From: Pseudovirgaria hyperparasitica | Taxonomy: Eukaryota | Reading direction: 5' to 3' (one strand) | Length of the DNA: 64,000 nt | Assembly: GCA_010093815.1 (NCBI GenBank) | Contig: ML996565.1 | Shown: piece after piece, positions 41,659-52,644 of the stretch | How the letters are laid out: every line of letters starts with the position of its first letter | Numbering within the stretch: the first letter of the stretch is position 1 | Notes under the pieces: generated by a model | The model's input: the letters and a program-made list of their open reading frames with translations, nothing else | What the model was told of the DNA's origin: nothing | The model's database searches: none | Program-made: the position numbers and the translations under genes

Positions 41659-42560
41659 ATGGATATCTCGACGCTCTTCAATGTCAAGGTGAATTGCCTC
41701 ACCGAACTTCAAGACCGTAACTAACATCATACCAAGGACAAGGTTGTTCTAGTCACCGGCGGCGCGAAAGGTATTGGGCGCATGATCTCACAGGGATTTG
41801 TAGAGAATGGTGCTACAGTTTTTATCTCGTCGCGTGACGCAAAGGCATGCGAGCAGGCCACGAAAGAATTAAACGCTCTCGGCAAAGGCAAGGCGGACTG
41901 GATCGCTGCCGACTTCTATAAAGAGTCGGATTGCAAGAAGCTTGCAGAGGAACTTGCGAAGAGAACGAACAGTGAGTTCACTTCCATGCCTGCTGCAGAG
42001 TCGCGATGTGAAGACTGAAACACTTGCTTCCAGAACTCCACGTCCTCGTTAACAATTCTGGCTCGAACTGGGGAGAGCCATACGACACATATCCAGACAG
42101 CGCCTGGGTGCGCGTACTCACGCTTAACCTGCAACGTGTCTTTACAATCACTCAGCTCGTCACCCCTCTTCTTGAAGCCGCTGGCTCGTCCACCGACCCC
42201 TCGCGTATTATCAATATCGGTAGCGTTGATGGTCTCCGCGTGCCGTCCCTCGAGACATTTGCATATTCAGCCAGTAAGGCTGGTCTACACCATTTGAGCA
42301 GAGTACTAGCAAGCCATTTGGGTGCTAGGAACATCACAAGCAACACCATCGCCTGTGGGCCATTCCAGAGCAAGATGATGAAAGCTACTCTCGAGAAATT
42401 CCAGGACATGATTGAGTCCGGTATCCCCCTCGGACGGATTGGGACACCGGAAGATGTTTCGGGAACTTGCCTCTTTCTCAGCAGCCGAGCCGGTGCGTAT
42501 GTTAACGGAGCGACGATTACTTTGGACGGCGGTTCGGTAATTAGTAGCTCGAAGCTATGA
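41659..42560 (+). CDS. Classical short-chain dehydrogenase/reductase (RhlG-like) with PTS1
   Basis: TGGAKGIG, VNNSG, NIGS, YSASK and GRIGTPED; ends in SKL. Introns at ~41689-41737 and ~41972-42033. Confidence 0.9.
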
Positions 42561-44048
42561 GTTCACAAATTCAACGATAGATTTGACTGGTTTGCATTTA
42601 AATTCTGGTGTCCGGACTAAGAAAGCCTTCATCGATTGAGACTACCATGATTCTGCCATAGCAGCTGCGATCGACTAGCAGAGTAAGAACAAGATGAGCA
42701 ATTTACGTCGATAGCCACAGGTTCCACAAGGTAGCGGGTACAATATCAGTCCTCTGATGCGACCGGACAGCATGTAACATGATCTTCCACAATGCTCATT
42801 GTGTGTGATCTGACCCACGAGCCCGTGAAGCATATTAGAGGCTCCCCGATCAGACAATGTAGTACATTATTAGGCTCGAATATGGTTGGCCGCAATACCT
42901 ATTGTGCAAGATACGTATGACCCAGGGTGAGCACACCTTCAAGAAGTGCCACACTAGTGTAACAGAGTGACAGATCGCTACGCATCTTGTCAAAGTAATA
43001 GCAAGCACCAGCCGAACGTTCGAATAGGACCCCTCTAAACAAACCAGGCAGATGCATAGAATCATCAACCTAGAAAACCTGCAGGCTTTGAGTCGCTTGT
43101 CATGTAGACATGCATATAACCGAGCCATCACATCCTGCCCGCATGCATCTCGCCGCCTGCGTGCTTACATCAAACCGTGAATTACTAGGGTCAAAACTCA
43201 AAGGGTTCCGTTCGCGACGTGATCGTTGATCTGCCTATCGTATCGGCGCCATATCCAATCTCATCGGTGTTCTTACCATGCTTGACTGGAGCTGGCCTAT
43301 TTGTTCCAGGCCGCGTATGTTGTCGGTCTAGCTCAAGCAGCATGACGCATTGCCACCAGCATTGTTCGTGTGGACTCGTCAAATACGAACTCTTGAGCCA
43401 ATCCGAGCGACCCGTAGAAGGTATTCATGGATGTCCAGGGTTAAAGGGCCTGTTGCCATTGGATCCCTCAAACCCTGGTTATGCTACAATACACGATACT
43501 CTTGTTCTCGCTGACACTTAGTCTTTAGTTCTGATTTCTCCTTGCAGCTTAATCTCGAAGTCACGATTCGTCCTGGCGCTTTGGCAAGTGTACTTTGTCC
43601 AACACTGGGTTGCTAGCCCTATGAATTAGAGCTCCCCTAGCAGACTTCTGGTGCTTTAGACTACCACCTTGGCTGTGATCTATCCCCATCTTCGCAAGTT
43701 CCAATGGCTACCTTCCCGTCACCCATGTCCTGTCAGAAGCTACCTTGACCGGCACGACTTCCAAATTGGGATCGTCTTTGGTCCTCCTTCGTGGCTTCCA
43801 GGATGTTAATGGATCGGTGAAGCAGCATATACATACCCGGATACGAACATGTCCATCTTTCTCCTACTCTCGCAAGTATACATATTATTTTTTTTGGTCG
43901 GCAATTGGATACTCTACCTCATAAGAGGCAAGGCGTCCCCTCGTTTGTGCTAGATATCCACGACATACCCGTAGTCCTTGCTATTCCATCTCGATAGCAA
44001 TTGCTCCATTCATTTCCGACCCAACCAGTGTCTAGACTATATTCTGAT

Positions 44049-45228
44049 ATGGCTGCTGTCGACACCACACCAGCCCCCAGTCTTCCAGACTATGTCACCG
44101 ACCCCAACGCCGTCCTCAAAGACGCAGACGCAAGATGGAGATATGGGAGAGCCCCCGACTACACGAAGACGCGAAAGGTCTTTACCGAAAGTGAGCCCAC
44201 GACGGAGCAATACGTCCCCCGCGGTAGCTAACGTCCCCGTTACCCCCCAGCCAAGAAAATGAACCACACCGCCGGCAGCCTGCCCGCGCTCATCGAAGCC
44301 CTCGTCAAGAACTGGGAGATCGAAGCCTCGTTCAAGACCTCGCTCGCCGACTGGCGCACCATCGACCGGCCCAACTACAGCTTCGCCATCAACGGCGGCC
44401 CGCCGCAGAGCGGCGAGCACATGCTGGCCGTCGGCACGTACAACGCCATCATCGCGCCCAACGAGTTCTACTCGCCCGCGGCCTCGGACTTTGCGAGCAG
44501 CCACAAGACGTTCAAGCGCATGATGCCCACGTTTGCCTGGGAGGTCGTCGAGGTGTATGCCGGGCCGCCGCAGGTTGCGTTTCGCTGGCGGCACTGGGGC
44601 GTGATGAGGAATGACTATGTCGGGTTCAACGAGTACGTCCCTTCCCCCCTTGCCTTTCAACGCGGCGCACATATATAAATGTATATGGAAACAGTCACTG
44701 AGCATACACAGCAAAGGCCAAAAAGTCACAGCCAAAGCCCACGGCGGCACCATCGACATCGAAGGCGTCACCGTCGCCACCGTCGACGAACTGCTCCGTC
44801 TGCGCAAGGTCGAGACCTGGTTCGACCCGCTCGACATGTTCCGCCAGATTGCGCCCAAAGGGATCGTCAACAGGGAGGTCGTGCCGCTCCGAGCCGATGA
44901 TGGCGCAGGCGCGTCAGCGGACACGGAGTCGCCGTCGCAGTCGCATGATGGTGCGGATATTGGCGCTGAGGGCGGCGTGCGTGTGTCGTCGTCGTCGTTG
45001 TCGGAGTCTTCTGTAGATGCACAGACACAAGAACAGGCAGAGGAACAAGCAGATGCACAAGAACAGGAACAGGAACACATCCATCCACACGAAATGGAAG
45101 ACGCCGTCCAGCCCGTCGCCGGCGAGGCCGTTGCCGCACACCCCGCCAGCGCAGAGACGCAGCAGACGCACGAGGAGATGTCGCGCGTGACGCCTGCCGA
45201 GTGTCCGTTTTTGATGAACAGGGAGTGA
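44049..45228 (+). CDS. Pathogen-related protein homologue (SnoaL/NTF2-like fold)
   Basis: WRYGRAPDY, LVKNWEIEASFK, GTYNA, SHKTFKRMMPTFAWEVVEVYAGPPQVAFRWRHWG, ETWFDP and terminal CPF. Introns at ~44191-44249 and ~44633-44711. Confidence 0.8.
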
Positions 45229-45281
45229 AGTGGGCGAGTGGGTGTGGGTGAGTGGGTGAAGTTGGAGTGGAACACGAAGAT

Positions 45282-45342
45282 GAAAAGAAGAAAAGGGAAG
45301 GAGAGGGAAGAAAAGGGAAGAAAAGGGAAGAAAAGGGAAGAA
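45282..45342. repeat. (GAAAAGGGAA)n 10-bp minisatellite forming a purine-only tract
   Basis: About 5 near-identical units; no pyrimidine on the + strand from 45282 to 45342. Confidence 0.9.
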
Positions 45343-45642
45343 TGAAAGCAAGAAAATTGTAGGATGGATAGCATGTATAGTCTTACTACGTTGGGGTCTT
45401 TCAGGGGAGTGGATTGGATATATATATATATGATTGATTGATCATATATGTTCTTATAATCAATCCTACATGTTGTTCTACTACTTGATCATGACCTCTC
45501 TCTCTCTATCAACCTACTAACTACCACCCACCTACATTACTTACATACATACACATGCAAAATACAAATACACGAACCCCTCTCCTACGATAGACAACGA
45601 CCTAAAAAGACGCAAAAGAAAAGACAAAAGAAAAAAGAAGAA

Positions 45643-45716
45643 TGGTCACTACGAGGGTCGAACTCGCGACCTTGGCGTTATTAGCACCACGCTCTAACCA
45701 ACTGAGCTAAGCGACC
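45643..45716 (-). tRNA. tRNA-Ile (anticodon AAT), intronless
   Basis: Reverse complement is GGTCGCTTAGCTCAGTTGGTTAGAGCGTGGTGCTAATAACGCCAAGGTCGCGAGTTCGACCCTCGTAGTGACCA. It forms a cloverleaf with A and B boxes and is followed by a T-rich Pol III terminator. Confidence 0.97.
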
Positions 45717-45779
45717 GACTTGGACAGTGGTGGTCCAGAGTAGTATATATACCAGAGAAAGCTGGTATGAAGAGTAATT

Positions 45780-45985
45780 TATACACACACACATACATAC
45801 ATACATATACATACATATACATATTAACTCACCACCGACACGGAATAAGGAACAAGTCATTGCCAATGCACACACACGTGTGCACACACACACCACACAC
45901 ACACACTCTCTCTCCAAAGGTCTGGTTTATAAGAACGTAGTAGTCTTCTCTCTCTCTCTCTGTCTGGTCTGGTCTGGTCTGGTCG
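45780..45985. repeat. Microsatellite cluster: (CA)n, (CATA)n, (CT)n, (GTCTG)4
   Basis: Simple repeats directly visible upstream of the tRNA gene. Confidence 0.85.
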
Positions 45986-46719
45986 AGTCCTTATCCCGAC
46001 GACCGCGCATGCGTCCTGCGTCCTCCATCGTCCTCCATCGACCGTCACGTGTCTACACGACAGACAGACATAGGCCGATCCCTCCCCACGGCACAAGCAC
46101 CAAATAAGCAACCAAAAGCCTACATATCTCCAAGAACAAAAAAACACCGCAGCATGTGATGTATGCGTATGCGTATGATCCATCCATCCAAGAAACGAAC
46201 AGAACCAGAACCAGGGGTCGAGGAGAGAAAAAAAAGAGTCAAGCCAGAAAAACACACACACACAAAAAACGGAAAAGCCGTCATGGAAAAAAAATGTTCA
46301 AAGTGGTAATCTTCAACTCCCCCTTTCCCTTTCCCCCCAATGGCGCGCGCAAATGACAATGCCTGACCACCTGCCGTCTTCGCATTTTATGTTATTGCGA
46401 GACCCAAGCGAGGTGCGACCACAACCTTATTTCGAATCTCCTCCCCCAAATTCCCTAAACCAGCAGCCCTCGTAGCGCCCCTCCCCCAAAGACAAAAGCG
46501 CCCAATAGCGGGCGGTATATTTGTCAAAATGTAAAGATGATAAGGACTAAGATTATGTGCTGCGTCACTTTTGCGCATAGAGCGCTTTGGGTCGTTTCAT
46601 GTACAAGTCCTCCCCTCCCCTCCTTTGCTGCATCGTGATTTTATTACACCCCAAACGCGATCGTGACTCGCACGGTGACTCGCGCGCAGTCCTGTATCGC
46701 CGTTAGTTCTTTCTTTCTA

Positions 46720-49006
46720 TCAATGATCATAACCTGCACCGCGCTGCCACGGGCTCGCCGTTGGCCCTCGGCTCTGTTCACTCCTTATGCTACCCGTTCG
46801 ATTTTGTCCGTAGGGGGCGTTGTGATATGGCGCGGGGCTACTCGTATTTGTGTGAGTAGTTTGGTAGTATGAATCTGACTGCTGCACGGGTGCGCTGTAC
46901 ACATCCGAGTTAGCCTCCTTCTGGCGCATACCGGCGGATGATGATGAGTATGAGTCATCGTCATCGTCGATACCAGCACGAGGCTTCCCATAAGCACCTT
47001 TGCCTTCACCACGAGCAGTAGCACCCAAGGCATCAAGTTCCGTGTTGAGCTGGGTTTGCGACTTGATGAAGGATCCACGGTCGTCGCGCATTGGTTGGTA
47101 GCGGGTGTCGGGGTTCTTGGAGAACAGAGCGTAGCAGGACGAGACCAGGACCATGATGAGGAGAACAAAGGCGAAGATGACGTTCACGACGAAGAAAATG
47201 ACACCAACGACACCAGTGACTATTCCCTGCAGACTGTTAGTATTCCATCATGTCAACCGATCATCGTCTCTCTACTTACTGGTTGGTTGAATACGTCGGA
47301 GAAGATGAGGAGAAAGACCGAGGACAGGAATTGGATGGCGGCAATTGCAATGTTGAAGCTGTTGGTCTTCTTGTCCATGTACGGGCGTAGGATACAAACG
47401 CCGACTAGCAGAATGGCTTCGATCAGAATAAAGGCAACAGCCTGGACTGCTCCACTTCCTTGACCGAGGGCGACAAACATTCCCTTGACGAGGAGATAGC
47501 CTAGAACGGGTACGATGAAGTAGTAGGCAGTTGCCTTGAATTGGACGTAGAGGAAGCCCCACTTGTTCAACGAAACAGGATCAGAGTAGAGAATGTAGGC
47601 AGGGTTCTTGTGCATCTGAATCGAGCGTTGAGCGATGCGGATGACCTTGAAGGCAGCCCAGCCCAGGATGGCAATCATGGTGACGATTGTGAAGATGGCA
47701 AGAACGACTTCGGCGGCAGAATCGCGAACCGTCAGCTCCCAGAAGCAGAGCACAACCATTTGAGGGAAACCAATCAAGATGATGCGGAACATGATTCCCT
47801 TGAGAACTGTCAGCCATCCGTTGCGGAACTCCTGGAACTTGTCGCTCTTCATCTTGCCAGCCTTTACGAGTGCCTCGGTAATGTACTTGAAGGCAACGAC
47901 GCAGGCAATAACTAGCAACACAAAGATGACGAAGAAGGCGTAGCCGGTCAGGAAGATGTTTGTAGGTTCAATCTTTGAGCGGAATCCGACACGCTTGATA
48001 CCGTAGACGATGACGTTGGTGGTGGTCTGCGCATTTGTGGCTCCAGCATTGGTACGTGGGAATACACCTCGCTTTGTGAGAAGACCGGAGACGACGTCGA
48101 GAGAACGCTTCTGGATCTGGACCGAAGCGTTGGCCAGGTTGGACAGAATGGTGCTGGGAGTTCCACCAGTTGCACGTTGGTACCAAGTAGCCATGTTCTG
48201 GAGAAAGCCGATGCGAATGATGCCCATCGACCACTGGAAGTTCTGGGTCCAGGATTGCACAATTGGAGGCAAGGTAACGGCCGTCATTCCGATCAAAGCC
48301 TGCGCTTGGAAGTAGCCGAAGAGTGACATGGCGTTGGCAGCAACGTGGGCGGCAGTGTTGGAGTGACCGAGCCCGTTCGTGATGGCTGAGGCAAGTAGAC
48401 CCAAGCCAGCGATGACGGCAGTTACCCAACCGACAGCCTTTTGGTAGACAGATTGTCCGTTTGAGAGAGGGGCCTCGACGCAGGCAAGCTGTTCACCGGT
48501 GTTCTTGGAGAGAATCAGTACGCGCGCAACGGCATCTAGATCAGGAATGGTAAAGGCGATGCCTGAAGTGGAGTGTCAGTAGGTTGAGAAACCGTCAATG
48601 AGCATCAGATCTTACCAGGAATCTTGCTAATCACATCATCAGACAATGGCAGATTGAAGGGGAAGTTGGGAGTTCCAGTGTTCATGGGACAGAGACCCAT
48701 CAATTGGCCATCGGCATCGGTGCAAGGGTCAATCGTCTCTTGAAGCGCATTGTAACCGTACACGATCAGATCCAACTTCAGCGTGACGTTGCCCGAGATG
48801 GAAGAGACACCCTCGATGTCGACAGTGACGGTCTTGTTGTCGGGAGTAAAAGCGACGTTGAAGAGGGTTGCCGAGAACTGCGAGTTTTCCTGGCACAGGT
48901 TCAAGGAACTGGACTGAATGAGTCGTTCAGCGAGAGTGGCGAACGGGAAGAGGGAGAGGAGAGCGAGGAGCCAGGGTATAGGCGATGAGGCCAGAGAGCG
49001 ACGCAT
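46720..49006 (-). CDS. FLC/Pkd2/spray family TRP-like membrane protein (flavin carrier / Ca2+ channel-like)
   Basis: Signal peptide, ML-like domain (SSSLNLCQENSQFSATLFNV; PGIAFTIPDLDA), WTQNFQWSMGII, WYQRATGG, LNKWGFLYVQF and PDTRYQPMRDDRGSFIKS. Introns at ~48564-48615 and ~47230-47279. Confidence 0.92.
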
Positions 49007-49404
49007 TGTGGACGCAATGAAAGTCGTGTACAAGGGAAGCGAGACGATGGAGGATGTATTAGGTAGGCTGGATAGCCGTTTTGGAGTACGAGATGGAAGC
49101 CCCAGACCAGTGGAGAAGTGGAGGTAGGCAGAGCGAAAAACGAGTGTCGCAGAGTAATAGTATGTGTTGTTGTGAACCCACAGCGAGGGATGGGAGAGGC
49201 ACGGATGAGTGCTTGTTGTAGTAACGAGAGAGCTGGTGTTGTAGCGAGCGAGCAGACAGTGATGATGGGAGGAGGTTGGAGAGGCGGAGGTGTTGCTGCG
49301 ACGACAAATGGAAGAGGTAGTAGGAGTAGTAAGTAGTAGGTTGGAGGGAGCGGGCGAGTGGGTGGTAGTCGAGTCGGGTGCTGGCGACCAAGTGCAGGCG
49401 TCAG

Positions 49405-49444
49405 GCTTCACGCTTCACGCTTCACGCTTCACGCTTCACGCTTC
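49405..49444. repeat. (GCTTCAC)5 heptamer tandem repeat upstream of the FLC gene
   Basis: gcttcac x5 plus a partial unit; (GACGGG)n, (GAGT)n, (CT)n and (CCA)n lie nearby. Confidence 0.9.
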
Positions 49445-51579
49445 TTTCTTCCCTTTCCCTTCTCTTCCGGATCCGGAGCTAGAGGCAGACTAGCTCGCTC
49501 GCAGGGCTGGGCAAAACGAGTGTGGACAAGGTAAGGTAACGAGCGAGACCAGGACAGTTGGCGAAAAGGGTGATGGTGTTGTTGCAGAGTGAGAGTGAGA
49601 GTGTGAGAAGTGAGAGAATTGGGGGAATGTAGCAGGATGCAGCAAGAGCGGGCAGTGTGGACCGTGTGCAGACGAAACGCGTGGACGTGGACGGGGACGG
49701 GGACGGGGACGAGGGCAAAGCGTAGGATTGAAGGGTAATACTGTGCTGTGCAAGACAGTGAGTGCAAGACAAGACAGTGGGTGCATAGCAGGAATGGGGC
49801 ACACAAATGAGCACAACACCACCTCTCTCCTCTCTCTCTCTCCCTGCGCTGGGCTGTGCTGTGTGGGCTGGGCGGGCGTAAAGTGGTGGGTGGCTGCTGG
49901 CTGGCTGGCGGCTGTTCACTGCACTTACTGGCTGCGTGTTACTCGTGTTTTGGGGGGGTTCCGTCACTAATTGCAGTAGGTCGAGTAGCTTAAACTGCCC
50001 ACCACCACCACCACCATCACACTAAATTACTGGGGCGAGGGAAAATGAAAGTAGGTGGGTCCGTCTACTGGTCTTGGCGGGCAGTCGCAATTTGGGCTAG
50101 CCTTGCTTGTCAACTTTGTGTGGGAAAAGGGGGCATTAGACCTGGAGACAGCTATTACCTAGTAAGTAGTCCCACATCGCTCTACATACCACTCACAGCT
50201 CACCATTCATTACTCTCGACGCTCTGGGTTTGGCTGCCGTTTCACTTGTCTTGCTAGTCCACACTGGTGACGCGCGGCGACCGACCACATGTTGACAAGA
50301 TGGCAACGATCGATGGCTGTGGTGAGTAGGTCAGACCCTTATGCCCTCCCAGCCATGTATATGTATCTGGTAGTAGTCAATTAATTAAATCTTACAGACC
50401 ATTCATGACTTCCAAGGATAGTAACTATTCAATAAACATACCCAGGCAATACAATAATCATATATTCGCCGCTTCTCACGCCATCCATCAGCATCATCAG
50501 TGTCAGCTGTAATTAGTGGGGCCGAGAACGGTGCCGTACCCAGCCAGGTATGTAGGTACAGTAGATACCTACAACCCTCAGGTCTGTATGTAGATACCAG
50601 TGTCGTATTCAGGTACGTCTGCAAGGCCTGACACTGCACAGCCACCACCGTGCACACTTACATATCAATATCGATATTACCACTTCACCTCTCCCTCTCC
50701 AGCAAGATCCGTAACGATACGATTGTAGACGCGCGTGCCATTAGTATCACGGCCTGCCACTTAATCACTACTCTTCCACCCTCACCTATTGCTAGCACTA
50801 ACGACTATCTCCCTACCGCTGCGACGTTGGAGAATGCTGCTGTGCAACACTCCTCGTGCACGAAAGGCCCGGACCCGCTACCGGTTACGACATGAGCTGA
50901 TAGCTGCTAATACTGTACGTACGCAGGGAGCAAAAGTAAAAAAGGTCTGGGGCAGTCTGCGTTTGATCAGCCAACCCTAATAATGCCCCCAGCCCAGCCT
51001 AGCCCGGCCGCCCTCCGAGCCGCAGCCTACATGCGACAGACACACTGTCTTTGTGCTGTGCTGACCATGATACAGTCTTAGGTATCTCATTCATTATAGT
51101 ATTGCTGATGTGGCTGTTCGACCTTGACACGCTGACTGACTGACTGCTGTTTCCAGATTCTTCTTATCTGGCTCATAGCTATCTACAACACCATGCTCTA
51201 ACAACCCGCAAGATTTCGAGCCTATCAGCCATGGCCGTTAAGCTCTCAAACACTCGTCAATTGATCAACATTCTCCTTTTGCGTGATAAGATGTCATAAA
51301 TGTCATTGCTCAACAGACTGTGCCCGTGTCCACACACGCCTCCGTTCCAGCCCCCTGCAAGAATGCGGGGCCGTGTATATTTCCGTCTACTATGGAGTGC
51401 AGCAATGACGACGCAGATGGCAGTCTGACTGACACACACAACTTTCTCCACATATCTTGCACTCTATGCCCTACCAACTACCAACTGCTACATACACTGT
51501 TTGCGCACGCAAACCCATTGATGCCTGAAGAACCAGCAAGCGTCCGTGTCCAAAACAGCAAGCCGCCTTGCACCCTTAA

Positions 51580-52197
51580 TCACGCACTGGACGAACATGT
51601 CGTAACAGTCTCACCGGCCGGCGCACCAGCCGAGCTGTCCATCACATTCGGCGCCGGACCCCCATTCATCACCACGATCTGAGCCATGCTCTCCTCGGAG
51701 AAGCCAGCCTTGGCCAAGATCTTGAGCACAATCTCAGTCTTCGCATCGCAGTACGGATTCAGTTCAAGCTGCTGCCGTGCAAGCTCCATCTTGACATCCC
51801 CATACTCCTTCCTCAGCGCCTCGTCCCGCCTCAGCACATCTCTGAGCGCAAGGTGATTCAGCAGTCCCAGACACCCCTCGACGCAAACATACACGTTGCG
51901 CGTGGGCAACAACTCGGGGTGTCGGAACGCGTGGCGGTCCTGCACCCCAAAATCGCCTCTGTAGACGTAGCCTCCTTTTTCGAGCAGGGCGGCAAAGACG
52001 CTGTCCAGCGCCTCGCGCTTCACCACTATGTCCACGTCTATGATCGCCTTGGCGGGTAGGAGGGGGACGGACGTGCTGCCGACGTGCTCGATCGAGAGGT
52101 AGGATCCTGCTGCGAGGATCTGCTCGAGGGATGCCTTGATCTCTTCGAATTGCGATGGCCAGGCTGGGTCGTATGGTACTACTACGATTGGTGCCAT
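51580..52197 (-). CDS. GrpB/UPF0157 domain protein (nucleotidyltransferase-like fold)
   Basis: IVVVPYDPAWP, IEHVGSTSVP.LPAKAIIDVDI, HLALRDVLR..LRKEYGDVK and Y..AK; intronless. Confidence 0.88.
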   Translation of the reverse strand: MAPIVVVPYDPAWPSQFEEIKASLEQILAAGSYLSIEHVGSTSVPLLPAKAIIDVDIVVKREALDSVFAALLEKGGYVYRGDFGVQDRHAFRHPELLPTRNVYVCVEGCLGLLNHLALRDVLRRDEALRKEYGDVKMELARQQLELNPYCDAKTEIVLKILAKAGFSEESMAQIVVMNGGPAPNVMDSSAGAPAGETVTTCSSSA

Positions 52198-52644
52198 GAT
52201 TGGAGATGCGCTGGGTATCTAGAGATGCCATGCGATGGGCAGACCATCGGTCTTGTTTATCATGTCACTTTGCCGTCGGTGTAGATTTCCGAACAGCTGT
52301 GGGTTTACCTGCGGTGTCGGCATTGGGCAGCGGGCCTTGTGAGGCTACCTTAGCGCAGGTACTTGGAACCATCCAGCAGCAGTTGAGCTGTCCGGATGTC
52401 ATGATAACAGTCTCTCAATTCTATGAATTTATTATCCTAGACTTGATCAGGAATGGACAGAATACATGGCATATCATTCATGCTGTTTGCAACAACCTCG
52501 CTGGATATTTCAACCATGTGTCAAAATATCGATCGGAATGGTGACGTTTTGAACCGATCAGCCTATGCCCAAAGCGGGTAGCGTCTACTCAACACTGTAG
52601 GTAATCAGACTCCGTTCACGAATGAATTATATTCCTCCAACTCC

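Noticed and set aside
31082..45228. Possible secondary-metabolite cluster (acyltransferase, methyltransferase, SDR, SnoaL-like protein)
   Set aside because: No PKS, NRPS, terpene synthase, DMATS or RiPP precursor and no transporter; housekeeping OTU2 sits in the middle.
44037..45374. 445-aa antisense ORF over the pathogen-related gene
   Set aside because: It is a shadow of GC-rich biased codons and a purine repeat, with no recognisable domain.
49007..49411. In-frame non-AUG N-terminal extension of the FLC protein
   Set aside because: A low-complexity C-rich leader lacks stops by composition; the AUG at 49006 gives a clean signal peptide.
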